From Okamejei kenojei (lineage: Eukaryota), in assembly GCA_035221665.1 (NCBI GenBank), contig CM069141.1, positions 30,504,001 to 30,568,000 of the forward strand: DNA of 64,000 nucleotides, written 5' to 3'. A program made the position numbers and the translations under genes. The notes under the pieces are model-generated. The model saw only the letters and a list, made by a program, of their open reading frames with translations. It did no database searches and had not been told where the DNA came from. Positions 62,759-64,000 of the stretch are shown here, in pieces (position 1 is the first letter of the stretch; every line of letters starts with the position of its first letter).

Positions 62759-63931
62759 TTACTCTGTTACCATTGTGCATTGAATGGTTAGACAAATGCT
62801 TTGAATGCTCTAATTTATGAAATCACATAACACATATGTTAATGGTAACACAAGCATGGCACTTTACGTTTTCAGTGGTGCTATTGATTAACAATCAACA
62901 CTGTGTAAAATGCTGTGTAAAATGAGCAACAAACAAATTTCAGCATCTGCAGTCTCTTGTGTCACTGCTGTGTTAATTTTTCTACTTGGTTAGATTAGAA
63001 AATTAAACCAATTTTAAATATAAGTGATGAAAACAGATTTTATCTCACCAATCTGAATTGTAGAGGTTTGTATTTTTCAGGAATCTATTCTTTTGTCATG
63101 CTGGTGACCAGAAATGGATCAATAATGTTAGCAGCTCATTTACAAAATCACACAGGCAGAAACATGCCCTTACTAAGAATAGGCCTGAGTGACGTGGCAA
63201 CTAAAGAACGGTCTTGTTTTCACGCCATTTTGAGAATGTATTGTTTTAATACTTGGCTGTGTGATATTTTTGAAGTGGTGGTGATAGAAATAACTGTTTT
63301 TCATCTTGACAGCTTCTAAAATTAACTAAACTAATGATCTTGTACCTAAAAGGTCAACCAATCTCAGTGAACGCTTTTGTTTAGGAAAGCACACCCACCC
63401 TTTGCAGGCTAGAGGCCAGTAAGAGGTGTTTTTCTAATCTGCTCAGAACACTTGGTTTGTCAACCAACTGAATCTATAATCTTGTTACTGATTAATGTGT
63501 ATATCAAGCAAAACCAAATGTGAAAAACACATTTTCTCCTGTTTTTGACAGTTTCTTTGAAGGATTTGAGACTTTGCCTGGATGCTGGATTGTTAACCAA
63601 ATTAATCTAACAGTAGCCTCTAAATGGACGTTTAGGAGCCACCATTTCAAATAAAAATCTGCACCCTCTACTGAGGAGGTGCGGTTCTCTTTCATCATTG
63701 AAATAGTTATTGAGAGGTGAAAGATTAAATCTTGGTCCTGTTTCCCTTTACAGGCACTTAGACAGGCATCACAGATGGTGACTTGCTCCCGACTTATTCA
63801 TGCCCATTCACTGGGGTTGGAGACAAATAATGTCATACCTATAGTCGGCATCTCAGAATGCTGTATTTCCCCAGCATTGAAGAACTATCAACTTCTAGCT
63901 GAACAGCTGCAACTTCTACAGGAAAAACTAC

Positions 63932-64000
63932 CTTCAATTTTACTTTGGAGTCATGTGAGTGACTACGTGAAGAAGGCCCGCCAGGCGCATGCGCGTCATT
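63932..64000 (+). mobile_element. Probable start of a DIRS-like element (runs off the window)
   Basis: Abrupt switch to CpG-rich sequence beginning ttcaattttactttggagtcatgtgagtgactacgtgaag. It resembles elasmobranch DIRS termini as recalled; no ORF is visible. Confidence 0.3.

Noticed and set aside
63754-63954. 67-codon exon-like frame with AG acceptor and GTGAGT donor
   Set aside because: The donor lies within the probable mobile-element terminus at 63932 onward, the acceptor region may be an old SINE relic, and no homology is recognised.
1-64000. CRISPR arrays, operons or other prokaryotic systems
   Set aside because: The sequence is vertebrate-type repeat-rich DNA, with no regularly spaced repeat-spacer array and no gene-dense coding structure.

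Overview
Eukaryotic, AT-rich, repeat-dense non-coding DNA (large intron or intergenic region). The repeat complement points to a cartilaginous fish, most likely a skate or ray; this is inferred from HE1-like V-SINEs, CR1 and Rex1 LINEs and Penelope-like elements. No host protein-coding gene is confidently recognised, and all convincing ORFs are retrotransposon fragments. The most striking signal is about 20 short Penelope-derived insertions whose consensus is a minimal hammerhead ribozyme motif (CUGAAGA-A-GGGUC/GACCC-GAAAC-GUC, with a loop-less palindromic stem III). Many sit in inverted, head-to-head or tandem arrangements, and one pair lies inside a PIF/Harbinger-like MITE. Also present are an internally deleted Gypsy LTR element in a three-level nest, a GC-rich structured non-autonomous element with a LINE-like tail, a complex local templated rearrangement at 44.3-46.7 kb, and a 66-bp perfect inverted repeat around a (TA)n tract. 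Family names come from remembered motifs rather than database searches, and boundaries of old repeats are approximate.
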